Shown here piece after piece: positions 1 to 8,097 of a DNA stretch of 64,000 nucleotides. Under the pieces are notes generated by a model. The model saw nothing but the letters and a program-made list of their open reading frames with translations. It did not search any database and was not told where the DNA came from. Position 1 is the first letter of the stretch, and each line of letters begins with the position of its first letter. The stretch comes from a virus, in the IMG/VR virus record IMGVR_UViG_3300044726_000156. One strand, given 5' to 3'. A program made the translations under genes and the position numbers.

Positions 1-264
1 AACGACGGTCGTGGTCTGCTCGGGCCGCCTGGTCGGCGTCGGCGCGGTCTTTGGTGCCAGGCTGGTCTTCTTGACCGCGGCGACCGCAGGCTTGCCGCCA
101 CCGGCTGCGAGCGCGGTGCTATAGCTCTTGCCACCGAACTTGAAGGTCTTGGCACCTTTGGCACGCTGGCGTGCGAATTCCTTGTCGAACGCCTTGCCGC
201 CCTTGGAACGACTTTTCTTGCGTGACGCGGCCAATTCTGCCTCCGTGCCTATGAACAATCCCAC
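1..264 (-). CDS. Basic Lys/Ala-rich hypothetical protein, runs off the window edge
   Basis: Not in the ORF track. GTG at 262-264 follows the stop of 268..531. It reads MGLFIGTEAELAASRKKSRSKGGKAFDKEFARQRAKGAKTFKFGGKSYSTALAAGGGK... and stays open to base 1. Confidence 0.65.
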   Translation of the reverse strand, partial: MGLFIGTEAELAASRKKSRSKGGKAFDKEFARQRAKGAKTFKFGGKSYSTALAAGGGKPAVAAVKKTSLAPKTAPTPTRRPEQTTTVV

Positions 265-267
265 CGC

Positions 268-531
268 TCAATCCTTGAACCAATTCAGCCTGTCGGTGGC
301 GTGCTTAGCAGGGTCCAGGCCGCCCGACTTGGCGATCAATTTCTGGGTCTTGTTGCGTTCTCCGCGTCTGCGCAAACCCTCGTCCATCGTGTTGACGACC
401 TTCCGGCGATTCTCCTTGGTCAGGAAGTCGATGCGCGGGTTACCGGACGGCTTGCCAGCGATCTCCTCGGCCATGCGATTGGCTGCGCTCAGCTTACGCA
501 GCTGGTTCGGACGCCCGATTCCTTCCGGCAT
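268..531 (-). CDS. Small basic hypothetical protein (87 aa)
   Basis: Closely packed in the late minus-strand operon; K/R-rich. Confidence 0.7.
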   Translation of the reverse strand: MPEGIGRPNQLRKLSAANRMAEEIAGKPSGNPRIDFLTKENRRKVVNTMDEGLRRRGERNKTQKLIAKSGGLDPAKHATDRLNWFKD

Positions 532-540
532 CGTCGCCCC

Positions 541-1149
541 CTATTTGAAGAAGCCCTTCAGCGCGCTGAAATCGTGACGGGAATCACCGGCGGCTTTCAT
601 GCGCTGCTTCTTGGTCGGGTTCGGTTTGGTGCCGGGGTCGTAGCGCACCTGGCCGGGGACATCGCCACCACGCCAGCTCTGCACGCCGCGGAAGCTGCCC
701 TGCGGCTTCACATCGGCCTGCGCGGGACGAGGGGTCGGCGTGACCGTGGTCGTGGTGCGCTTGACCTTCTTCGTTCCCCCGCCGCCCGGACGCTTGATGC
801 CGGGCGCGGGAGCGTCCACCGGCGCGATCGGACGCCGTGCGCGGCCACCCGTGCTCTCGGCCGTGTAGGCAACGCCCTTGCCCATGTCGGTGACGATTTT
901 GCGCTGCCGCGTCTGCACCGGGTAGGTGGTGCGGCCCGTATTGGCGTCATAAACAGGTGCGTCGGGATCCTTGACGGAGGCGGTGGCCTTTTTGTTGGCG
1001 CCAGTCGTCGCGGCGGTCGCGGCTGGAGCGCGGGCGCGGCCACCTGTCGAGACAGTCGCACCACCAGATTTGGGCATGTTCGCGCGGCTAGGTCCCTCCT
1101 TCTTTTGGGGACCCAGGAAATCGTACCAGTGGCTCTCTTTGTCGGCCAT
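541..1149 (-). CDS. Basic low-complexity hypothetical protein (K/R/T/A/G-rich)
   Basis: ATG at 1147-1149 (MADKESHW) with an AGAGGAG RBS about 7 nt upstream. Confidence 0.75.
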   Translation of the reverse strand: MADKESHWYDFLGPQKKEGPSRANMPKSGGATVSTGGRARAPAATAATTGANKKATASVKDPDAPVYDANTGRTTYPVQTRQRKIVTDMGKGVAYTAESTGGRARRPIAPVDAPAPGIKRPGGGGTKKVKRTTTTVTPTPRPAQADVKPQGSFRGVQSWRGGDVPGQVRYDPGTKPNPTKKQRMKAAGDSRHDFSALKGFFK

Positions 1150-1258
1150 GCCCGTGCTCCTCTTCAAACTACCGGCGACCCGCTGGCCCGTGAGAGGAGG
1201 TTCAGACCTTCGGGTCGCCGGTTATAAGCCTGAGTACCTTGCCCGGTTTGCGCCGAAC

Positions 1259-1747
1259 TCAGGCAGCTGCGAGCCAGACGCTCAGCGTGACGGTCTGCAC
1301 CGTCGCCGCCGAAATCGCGCCGGCAGTAACGAGGCCGATCTCCTGCTCATAGTTCTTCGGAGCCACCGCAAAACCACCCGGCGCGGTCATGCGCGCAGCT
1401 GACGCTGCGGCGATGGACGCGGCGGCGAAGAACTCGGAGCCGACAGAACGTGCCGCGAGATCGGCGGCGCTGTTGGAGCCGGGCGGTGCAGGCGGGTTGC
1501 GGCTGTCGGTAATGACGCCGACATTCGCCGTGACACCGGCTCCAACCACGCTGCTTTCCAGCACCGCATCGACCACACGGCAACCCGGCGGGATGACGCC
1601 GATGCCGATGGTCGTGCCGATCGCAGCCGAGGGGCCGATGTTGGCAGTGAAGCGGTTGTGGACGACCTGGCCGGCCGAGCTGGGATAGTTGACAGCCTGG
1701 CTGCCCGCGACCGCCGGACCCCGCACATACGGAACAGTGATGGTCAT
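1259..1747 (-). CDS. Probable capsid decoration/cement protein (162 aa)
   Basis: Directly downstream of the major capsid gene; AAGGAG RBS before MTITVPY; small beta-rich A/G/V protein containing IGVIPPGCRVVD. Confidence 0.65.
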   Translation of the reverse strand: MTITVPYVRGPAVAGSQAVNYPSSAGQVVHNRFTANIGPSAAIGTTIGIGVIPPGCRVVDAVLESSVVGAGVTANVGVITDSRNPPAPPGSNSAADLAARSVGSEFFAAASIAAASAARMTAPGGFAVAPKNYEQEIGLVTAGAISAATVQTVTLSVWLAAA

Positions 1748-1757
1748 AAGTTTCTCC

Positions 1758-2858
1758 TTACGGGTTCGGGTCCTTGGCGGCGGTGTCGATCGACAGGATG
1801 CCGAAATCCTTGCCGTTGAACCGGGTCTTCTTGACACCCATGATGACGCCGGCCGCGACCTTCGGCTCGTTGCCGTGATCGGCCATCTCCTCGGTCCAGG
1901 TGAACCGCAGCCCGCCAGCCGAACCGTAAGCGCACACGCCAGCCTGGCGCCCCATGAACAGGGCGCGGGCGGCGAGCACGTTGGAACCAGCGCCGTAGTC
2001 GGAGAATCGGATGACGCTTTCGTGGCTGTGCAGCACGACATTGTCGATCATGCCGAGACCGCCCTTGAAGATCGGGTTGTTGCGACCCTCGGCCTGCGCG
2101 GCGGCCTTCTGGATGTCAAGCCAGCCACCGGCGTCGGAGATGCGAAGGTCATGTTCCTGGAACGGCGACATGACGCAGACGTAGTGCTGCTCGCCATCAA
2201 TCGAGATGGCGATCATATTGGCGGTCGATGGGTCCATCGCCCTCATCATCGTCGCCTTGACGGCGGCGCGCTCGATGACGGCACGGGTCATGGTGTCGCC
2301 GACGACCAGCGTGTTCTTGGCGTTGCCGGTGCCACCGTAGAGGATGTGGCCGGCGTCGGGAGCATCGATGGTGTTGCCGGCAAAGCCGGTCCAGGTGATG
2401 TCCTCGACGTAGTCCTGATTGATGCCGCGGGCACCGGACAGATAGATGAAATTGAGCTGATCGATGTACTGCGACCAATAATCCGAAAGGCGGTCGCGCG
2501 CGATCGAGCGGATGTTGTGTAGGGTGCGCTTGCGGCTCATCTTGCCGCCAGCGGAGACACCATGCCGCATTTGATCGATGTAGACCTGGTCGGTGAAGAA
2601 CCGGAGATTCTCCTCCTTGCCCTCCAGTCGATTGTCTCCCGTGGTGGGCTTATTGCGGAGCTGTACCGACAGATCGAAGCTGATCGTGTCGCCGGCGTCC
2701 GATTCAAGGTCCGTGAGACGCTGGATCACTCCATTGTCGGACTCCGATACGAACTTGCGGTCGAAGTAGCCCTTCGACAGGATGTCGAGGAACAGCTGAC
2801 CTGACCAACGCTTGACGGCCTTGGGATCGCCGAACGGGATTGTGGTGGGACCAGCCAT
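1758..2858 (-). CDS. Major capsid protein, N4-gp56 family
   Basis: 366 aa with family motifs GDPKAVKRWS, DLESDAGDTISFDL, LEGKEENL, IDQMRHGV, GGKMSRKRT and ARALFMGRQA; AGGAGG RBS. Confidence 0.93.
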   Translation of the reverse strand: MAGPTTIPFGDPKAVKRWSGQLFLDILSKGYFDRKFVSESDNGVIQRLTDLESDAGDTISFDLSVQLRNKPTTGDNRLEGKEENLRFFTDQVYIDQMRHGVSAGGKMSRKRTLHNIRSIARDRLSDYWSQYIDQLNFIYLSGARGINQDYVEDITWTGFAGNTIDAPDAGHILYGGTGNAKNTLVVGDTMTRAVIERAAVKATMMRAMDPSTANMIAISIDGEQHYVCVMSPFQEHDLRISDAGGWLDIQKAAAQAEGRNNPIFKGGLGMIDNVVLHSHESVIRFSDYGAGSNVLAARALFMGRQAGVCAYGSAGGLRFTWTEEMADHGNEPKVAAGVIMGVKKTRFNGKDFGILSIDTAAKDPNP

Positions 2859-2881
2859 TGGACGTGCCTCCTAGAGGGTCA

Positions 2882-2894
2882 GCACGTCCTGCGC
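2882..2894 (-). promoter_or_regulatory. Late-leader motif GCGCAGGACGTGC, copy 1 (major capsid leader)
   Basis: Exact 13-mer also at 54775-54787 and 58785-58797. Its GGACGUG pairs with CACGUCC lying between the SD and the AUG. Confidence 0.75.
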
Positions 2895-2943
2895 TTTTGC
2901 GAAGAAATACTTCGAAACGATCGCCGCGGCAAGCGGCATGCGT

Positions 2944-3303
2944 CTAAGTGAGGTTGACGCCGCCGTCGAGCACCGTCAGGAACAGCCGATCCTCGGTCTG
3001 CGGCACCGGCCACATCGACGACCCAGCCCTGTACTTGACGTAGCTGACGGCGATCGCCGACTGGCCGGTCAGTGAGATGGCGCGGCCGAGGCCGTTGCAC
3101 ACCAGCGCCACTTCCGAGCCGTCTGGGTTGAACAGATCGTCGAAGTGGACGCCGTCGACCGACACCTGAAAGGTGATGTCGCCGCCGTCCCAGCCCTTCG
3201 GCGTGACGATGCGGACCGGCCGTCCCTGCGTGAAGTTGGCGATCTCGGAAAGCGACTCGCCGGCCCGGATGATCGGACCGTCGACGATGACCAGATTTGG
3301 CAT
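2944..3303 (-). CDS. Conserved phage hypothetical protein (119 aa, beta-rich)
   Basis: AGGAGG RBS before MPNLVIVDGPIIRAGESLS; motif W-x-GG-x-ITFQVS-x-DG. Confidence 0.8.
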   Translation of the reverse strand: MPNLVIVDGPIIRAGESLSEIANFTQGRPVRIVTPKGWDGGDITFQVSVDGVHFDDLFNPDGSEVALVCNGLGRAISLTGQSAIAVSYVKYRAGSSMWPVPQTEDRLFLTVLDGGVNLT

Positions 3304-3313
3304 TGCCTGCCTC

Positions 3314-3526
3314 CTACGCCGCCGACTGGTTGTAATCCACGCGCTTTGGCACGCCGGTGATGCCATGCGTGTAGCGGGCCGGGACGATGCCGTAAGCGAG
3401 CATGCGCAGCGGCAGGTCGGTGAAGAAGGCGAGCTTCACCATCGACCCGGATTTCTGCTCGACCCGCACCGCAGCGACGTCGCCGATTTCCATTCCCTCG
3501 CCGACGCGGAGCGTTTTCGAGAACAT
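3314..3526 (-). CDS. CsrA/RsmA (carbon storage regulator)-like RNA-binding protein
   Basis: Aligns without gaps to E. coli CsrA as recalled: MFSKTLRVGEGMEIGDVAAVRVEQKSGSMVKL vs [32 protein letters not shown], 13 identities in the first 31 aa. AAGGAGG RBS. Confidence 0.68.
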   Translation of the reverse strand: MFSKTLRVGEGMEIGDVAAVRVEQKSGSMVKLAFFTDLPLRMLAYGIVPARYTHGITGVPKRVDYNQSAA

Positions 3527-3529
3527 TCG

Positions 3530-4477
3530 CTAGCCTCCTTGCAGGTAGAATTCGCGGTCCGCCGGTGACAGCCGCTTGAGCGCGTTCTCGAAGTCGACGC
3601 CCTTGAGCTTGTCGAGCCGCGCGAACTTGTTGATGGGTGCTGGGTTGTTGGCGTCGGCAGCCGGGATGTCGTTGAGGCTCGGCGGCATCTCGCGGTGCTT
3701 GCCGTTGCCATTGAGCTTCTTCTTCGCCTTGGGTTTTGGCTGCTCGACCACACCGAATTCCTTGGTGATCTTCTTGTGCGCCTCGGCGAGGATCTTCGGG
3801 TCGGTCGGATTGGTGCTCCCGGTTTGCAGCTTGCGCACCGTCAGGTCGAGTAGGTCATGCCGTACTGACCCTTCCTTGTATTCGGGGTGGGAGATCAGGA
3901 ACAACGGGATGGTGGTGTTGAACCAGGTGTTGATCGTCGTCTCGCTCGACATGCGGGCGACGGCGCGCTTCTCATGCAGCTGGTCGCGCTCGTCCTCGAG
4001 CTTCTCCTGCTGGTCGCGCATCTCGAGCGCGGTGATCTCGCCGTCGTCGAACTTGGTGGCGATCTCGCGCATCGCGGCCTTGATGTCGACGAGGCGCTTC
4101 TCCTCGTCGGCCGTCAGCTTGAGCGCCGGCGGCGGCGGTGGCGCCGCGTCGATCGTCTCGTCGTCGTCTTCTTCCTCGACCGGCGGATCTTCGGCGCCGG
4201 CGTCGTCGCCGGCGTCCGGCTCGTCGTTGTCGTCGGCCTCCGGCTCGTCCTCTTCCGGCTCTGGCTCCGGCTCCGGCTCCTCCTCCGGCTCGGGTTCCGG
4301 CTCCGGCTTGGGTTCCGGCTCCGGGTCGCCTTCCGGCTCGCCGGCGGCCGCGGAAGCGATCAGCGCGTCCTCGGCTGCCAGCTCGGCCTCGAGTTCGGCC
4401 TGATACTCCTTCAGCCCGACGCGCTCGTCTTCGGTGAGCAGGTCGAGATCCTCATCGGATATTTTCAATCGTGCCAT
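3530..4477 (-). CDS. Probable capsid scaffolding protein (acidic, PE-repeat linker)
   Basis: Lies between portal and capsid genes; very acidic, with a coiled coil and a basic C-terminus; start MARLKISD has an RBS. Confidence 0.7.
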   Translation of the reverse strand: MARLKISDEDLDLLTEDERVGLKEYQAELEAELAAEDALIASAAAGEPEGDPEPEPKPEPEPEPEEEPEPEPEPEEDEPEADDNDEPDAGDDAGAEDPPVEEEDDDETIDAAPPPPPALKLTADEEKRLVDIKAAMREIATKFDDGEITALEMRDQQEKLEDERDQLHEKRAVARMSSETTINTWFNTTIPLFLISHPEYKEGSVRHDLLDLTVRKLQTGSTNPTDPKILAEAHKKITKEFGVVEQPKPKAKKKLNGNGKHREMPPSLNDIPAADANNPAPINKFARLDKLKGVDFENALKRLSPADREFYLQGG

Positions 4478-4490
4478 GGTCGTGTCCTCT

Positions 4491-6884
4491 TCACGCGGGT
4501 GGCGGCGCTCCACCAATCCCTAGTTGCTCTTGTGGTCCCGCACCGGGCTGCGGGGGTTCTTGCTGCGACACGCCGGGCTGCTGCTGCTCGGCCTGCTGTT
4601 GCTGCTGCGCGGCGGCCTGTGCCTCCGCGGCCTGTGCCTGTTGCGCCTGCGCCGCCTGCATAGTGGCGAGCTGCGCGGCCTTCTTGTCGGAAGTCGACAT
4701 GAATCCACTTTCCGACAAAATGTAATCGGCCACCGGCGTGGCGGCCGGCACGGCGATCGCCACCTGGGCGGCGTCGAGTGCCTTCTGCTGTGCGTCGACA
4801 TTGTGGCCGGGGATCTTGGCGAGGGCCTCCTGCGCCAGCGCGGTGGTCTGCTCGGCCTTGGCCTGCGCCGTTCTGGCGTCGCCGATCGCCTTCTGCAGCT
4901 GCGCCTCGCCCATCGCCTGCTGCATCATTTGCTGCTTGGCCATCGCCTGCATGCGCTGCTGGTCTTCCGGCGAGGGGTTCTCCTTCTCGTCGGGGTCGAA
5001 CTGTCCGGTGACGCCGCGGATGCGCTTTACGATCTCCTCGCGGTTCGGCAGGTCCATGTTCTCGACGGCCAGGTCGAGCAGCAGGATCGAGATCTCCGGC
5101 GGCAACCGGGTCATCGCCTCCATCAGCTCGTCGGCCGCGGCCTGCCGGATGGTGGCGTGCCAGGCGGCCTCCGAGATGACGAAGTCCGCCTTGTTGCGGG
5201 TGATGTCGTTCTCGGGCAGGCCGTCGTTGACCTCGACATAGTCGGACTTGCCACGCATCGAGGTGATGCGGAACTGCTTCGGCTCGTCCATGAACTGCTC
5301 GATGTTGGCGAGCTGCTTCTCGCCGTGGACCTGCTGCGCGAACAACAAATTGTCGAACAATTTGGCGGTGGCCAGGCTGCCCTGATCCTGCCGGCGTTGT
5401 ATCGCCACGCCCGACGTGGCATTGGTCTTGCGACCCAGCAGCTCGTCGGTGACGCCGCTGGCCTGCTGGATCATGGCGATGTCGCGCGACATCAGTTCGA
5501 GGTGCCATTGGGCAAGGTCACGATCAGCGTTGAGAATGATCTCCTTGCCCGGCACCTTGCGAATAATGGCATCCGGTCGACTGACTTCCTCCTGGAATTC
5601 CTCGAAGGTCATGTCGTCAGGCAGGGCGTCGTAATCCATTATGATCTTCGACGTCGAGAGGATATGAAGCGCCTTGGAAGCGCGCTTGTTCACGTCGACC
5701 TGGATGTCTTTGAGCCGGCGAATGACCCCGTAAGGAGCGCCGTCCTTGCCGCGCCGGTAGCCCCAGATCGGGGTCAGCGGGAAGCGGTTGTGACGGTAGG
5801 GGCTGGGCGAGAACCACAGCATCCCGGCGTCGACGAATAGGCCGACATGCATGCGCATGATGGTCTTCTTGACGACCTCGGCGTCACCGGATTCGACCTG
5901 ATCGGTGTGGCCGGCCGACTGCGGGTCGAACAGCTCGCCCGAAAAGTCGCCGCCCTTCAATTTCCCCGCTGTTACCGGCCGCTTGTACCAGGCCTCGATG
6001 ATCCTGACGCGCATGCGCTGGAAGCCGGTGACGTCGCGCGCGGTGCCGGTGCCGTAGACCTGGTCGAGAGCGTTCTCCTGACTGTCCATCGGCTCGTCGC
6101 CGTACTCGTCGTGCTGCTGGAAGTCGTCGGCGCTGCTGGAAGATGATGTGAGGATCTCCGCGCGGTCGGGAAACAGGGCGATAGCGACGTCGAGGTCCAC
6201 CCATTTGGAGCGGAAGATGTACCTTCCGTCTTCAACGTCGAGGTTTGTGGCGGCCGTATCGTGAAGGACATTGCGCCAGCTTTCGTAGCGTGTGTAGAGC
6301 GGCTCGTCCTCGCCGTCGCCGTCATAGCCGTCCTCGATCCAGCCGATGCCGACCTTGATGGCGTCCTCGAAGGCGCGGGAGATGTGGAAGTGCTCGCGGT
6401 TGACGTCGCTGAGATACTTCATCAGCGCGGTCTTCTGGGAGGCCGGCTTGGCGTGCTGCTTCTTGCGCGGCAGCACCTTGAAGTCGGTGCGCGATCGCTT
6501 TTGTGAACCTGTTATCCAATCGATCGACGTCGAGATGACGTTGTAGACCAACGGCACCTGGCCGCGGTCCTCCAGCTGCGCAGCATCCGCCTCGGACCAC
6601 TGGATATTGTCATAAAAATCATCGTCTTCCGCCATCTCGGCGCGGTTTTCGGCCTGCCGGTCAAGCTCGTTGGAGTAGCAGGCCAGCATCTGGCTGTGCA
6701 GCTCCTGCATCGCCGGCGAATCCAGCTTGGCGCTGTCGCCGCCCGCGTTGGTGCGGTCCGGCATGGCCAGCGCCGTGGTCGCCTTCTGGCTGGCCGGCAT
6801 CGGATCGCCGTAGCCGCCGTTCTCCCTGTCTCGCTTCGCCCTCACCGATCCGTCGCGCGCCCGCAGGTCGAACATCTGTGCCAT
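4491..6884 (-). CDS. Portal protein (P22/Bcep22-like)
   Basis: 797 aa; motifs EDDDFYDNIQW, GQVPLVYNVI, RFPLTPIWGYRR, G-x-PYGVIR, QQASGV and SGVAIQRRQDQG; Q/A-rich C-terminal barrel. Confidence 0.92.
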   Translation of the reverse strand: MAQMFDLRARDGSVRAKRDRENGGYGDPMPASQKATTALAMPDRTNAGGDSAKLDSPAMQELHSQMLACYSNELDRQAENRAEMAEDDDFYDNIQWSEADAAQLEDRGQVPLVYNVISTSIDWITGSQKRSRTDFKVLPRKKQHAKPASQKTALMKYLSDVNREHFHISRAFEDAIKVGIGWIEDGYDGDGEDEPLYTRYESWRNVLHDTAATNLDVEDGRYIFRSKWVDLDVAIALFPDRAEILTSSSSSADDFQQHDEYGDEPMDSQENALDQVYGTGTARDVTGFQRMRVRIIEAWYKRPVTAGKLKGGDFSGELFDPQSAGHTDQVESGDAEVVKKTIMRMHVGLFVDAGMLWFSPSPYRHNRFPLTPIWGYRRGKDGAPYGVIRRLKDIQVDVNKRASKALHILSTSKIIMDYDALPDDMTFEEFQEEVSRPDAIIRKVPGKEIILNADRDLAQWHLELMSRDIAMIQQASGVTDELLGRKTNATSGVAIQRRQDQGSLATAKLFDNLLFAQQVHGEKQLANIEQFMDEPKQFRITSMRGKSDYVEVNDGLPENDITRNKADFVISEAAWHATIRQAAADELMEAMTRLPPEISILLLDLAVENMDLPNREEIVKRIRGVTGQFDPDEKENPSPEDQQRMQAMAKQQMMQQAMGEAQLQKAIGDARTAQAKAEQTTALAQEALAKIPGHNVDAQQKALDAAQVAIAVPAATPVADYILSESGFMSTSDKKAAQLATMQAAQAQQAQAAEAQAAAQQQQQAEQQQPGVSQQEPPQPGAGPQEQLGIGGAPPPA

Positions 6885-7291
6885 CAGACCGAGACCTCCG
6901 TCGTGCCGTTGAATTCGTCGCGCAGCGTCAGATCCGCGACAGGCTCAGCATGCTCTTCCGCGTCCGGTGGCCGCGGCGGCATGGCGATCAGGTCGGCCAT
7001 GCGATCGTTGACGAGGTTGATCAGCTTGAAAACATTACTGGGATTAAACGGGTCGATGCCGAGCTTGAGCAGCATCTTGGCGGCGGGTTCGGCCGGCGAG
7101 CCGATGGTGTCGGACCAGCGCCATGCGTCCTCGAGCGGGATGACACATGGGCGTGGAGCACCGCTGGCGCGCGTGATGGCCATGCACGGCCGCCAGCGCC
7201 CATCGATCTTGACCCAGGTCCCTGCAGCGACAAGGCCGTAGCGTGTCACCGCCCACAGTCGCTTGTCGAGGTCGAGGATGTGATCTTCCAA
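6884..7291 (-). CDS. Hypothetical protein coupled to the portal gene
   Basis: Stop overlaps the portal ATG (TGATG). Confidence 0.7.
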   Translation of the reverse strand: MEDHILDLDKRLWAVTRYGLVAAGTWVKIDGRWRPCMAITRASGAPRPCVIPLEDAWRWSDTIGSPAEPAAKMLLKLGIDPFNPSNVFKLINLVNDRMADLIAMPPRPPDAEEHAEPVADLTLRDEFNGTTEVSV

Positions 7292-7336
7292 AGCGCGTTG
7301 TCCGAACTTCCGGGCAAGGCCAGGCGCGCTTGTGCT

Positions 7337-7549
7337 CTATGTCGTCTTTTTTGGCGGCGCTGTAAATGTCGGCGTTCTGTAGGTGGCGCTGTAGCGCCCC
7401 GCGTAGTTGTGACCGTCGGCGACCAGCTTGTCGGCCTGGCCGCGCAACCAGTCGGCGATCAGGATGCGACCGGGACCCGTCATCAGGGCGGCGTCGTTGA
7501 GCACGACGCGGGCGTGCAGGACGTCGTCGTCTCTCACCAGATCAGCCAT
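7337..7549 (-). CDS. Hypothetical protein (70 aa)
   Basis: Packed in the minus-strand operon with typical codon usage. Confidence 0.65.
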   Translation of the reverse strand: MADLVRDDDVLHARVVLNDAALMTGPGRILIADWLRGQADKLVADGHNYAGRYSATYRTPTFTAPPKKTT

Positions 7550-7596
7550 AGCAGGACCAGCAACAGCACGACCGCGGCGACCACGAAGGTGCCCAT
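7534..7596 (-). CDS. Possible 20-aa hydrophobic peptide MGTFVVAAVVLLLVLLWLIW
   Basis: Fills the gap between 7601 and 7549 and forms a single TM segment; RBS is weak. Confidence 0.4.
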   Translation of the reverse strand: MGTFVVAAVVLLLVLLWLIW

Positions 7597-7600
7597 GCGT

Positions 7601-7897
7601 TCAGGCGACATCGTAAACGGTCTCCTTCTCCAGCGGCCACATGAACAGCGGCGTGTTCTCGCCGACCCACGCGCCCAGCGTGTTGAACTGGAAGAACTCC
7701 TCGGCCTCGTCCCACTCCATGCCGTCGCGCTCCATCAGAACCCGAATGCATTTGTCGCAGTCGTAGACGACCAGCGTCGGCTGGCCGCAGCGTTCGGCGA
7801 CGCCGATGATGGCGTCCTCGAAGCCGTCGGCGAACAGCGCCTCGGGATTGCTCTCTGCGACGCGCTCGCGCAGCGCGTCGATCTCTTCCGAGGTCAT
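7601..7897 (-). CDS. Conserved phage hypothetical protein (98 aa)
   Basis: Widespread phage motif ADGFEDAIIG...VVYD...C...LMERDGM...EA.EFF.FN..GAWVG..TP.F. Confidence 0.85.
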   Translation of the reverse strand: MTSEEIDALRERVAESNPEALFADGFEDAIIGVAERCGQPTLVVYDCDKCIRVLMERDGMEWDEAEEFFQFNTLGAWVGENTPLFMWPLEKETVYDVA

Positions 7898-8097
7898 TGA
7901 TCCTCCATCTCGTTGGCTACGTCTTCAAGGGCGATCGCGATGCCACGATAGCCCCGCTGGTTGTCGCGGGAGGAGGCGTTGCTGGCCAGGTTGCGGTAGA
8001 ACGCCGCGGTGTTGCGAACGATGGTGGCGCACCTGTCGCGCTCGGCGCGGCGGACGGCGCGCGTCAGGAAGTCGGCGTCGTGCTCCTTGACCGTCAT
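7894..8097 (-). CDS. Hypothetical protein (67 aa)
   Basis: ATGA overlaps on both sides. Confidence 0.7.
   Translation of the reverse strand: MTVKEHDADFLTRAVRRAERDRCATIVRNTAAFYRNLASNASSRDNQRGYRGIAIALEDVANEMEDQ

Noticed and set aside
4200-4335. (PE)n repeats in the scaffold gene
   Set aside because: Ordinary low-complexity linker of an acidic scaffolding protein.
7291-7334. AAGCGCG/CGCGCTT hairpin over the start of the pre-portal gene as a fourth Csr-type leader
   Set aside because: It lacks the GCGCAGGACGTGC motif and the start codon is uncertain; too weak to support.
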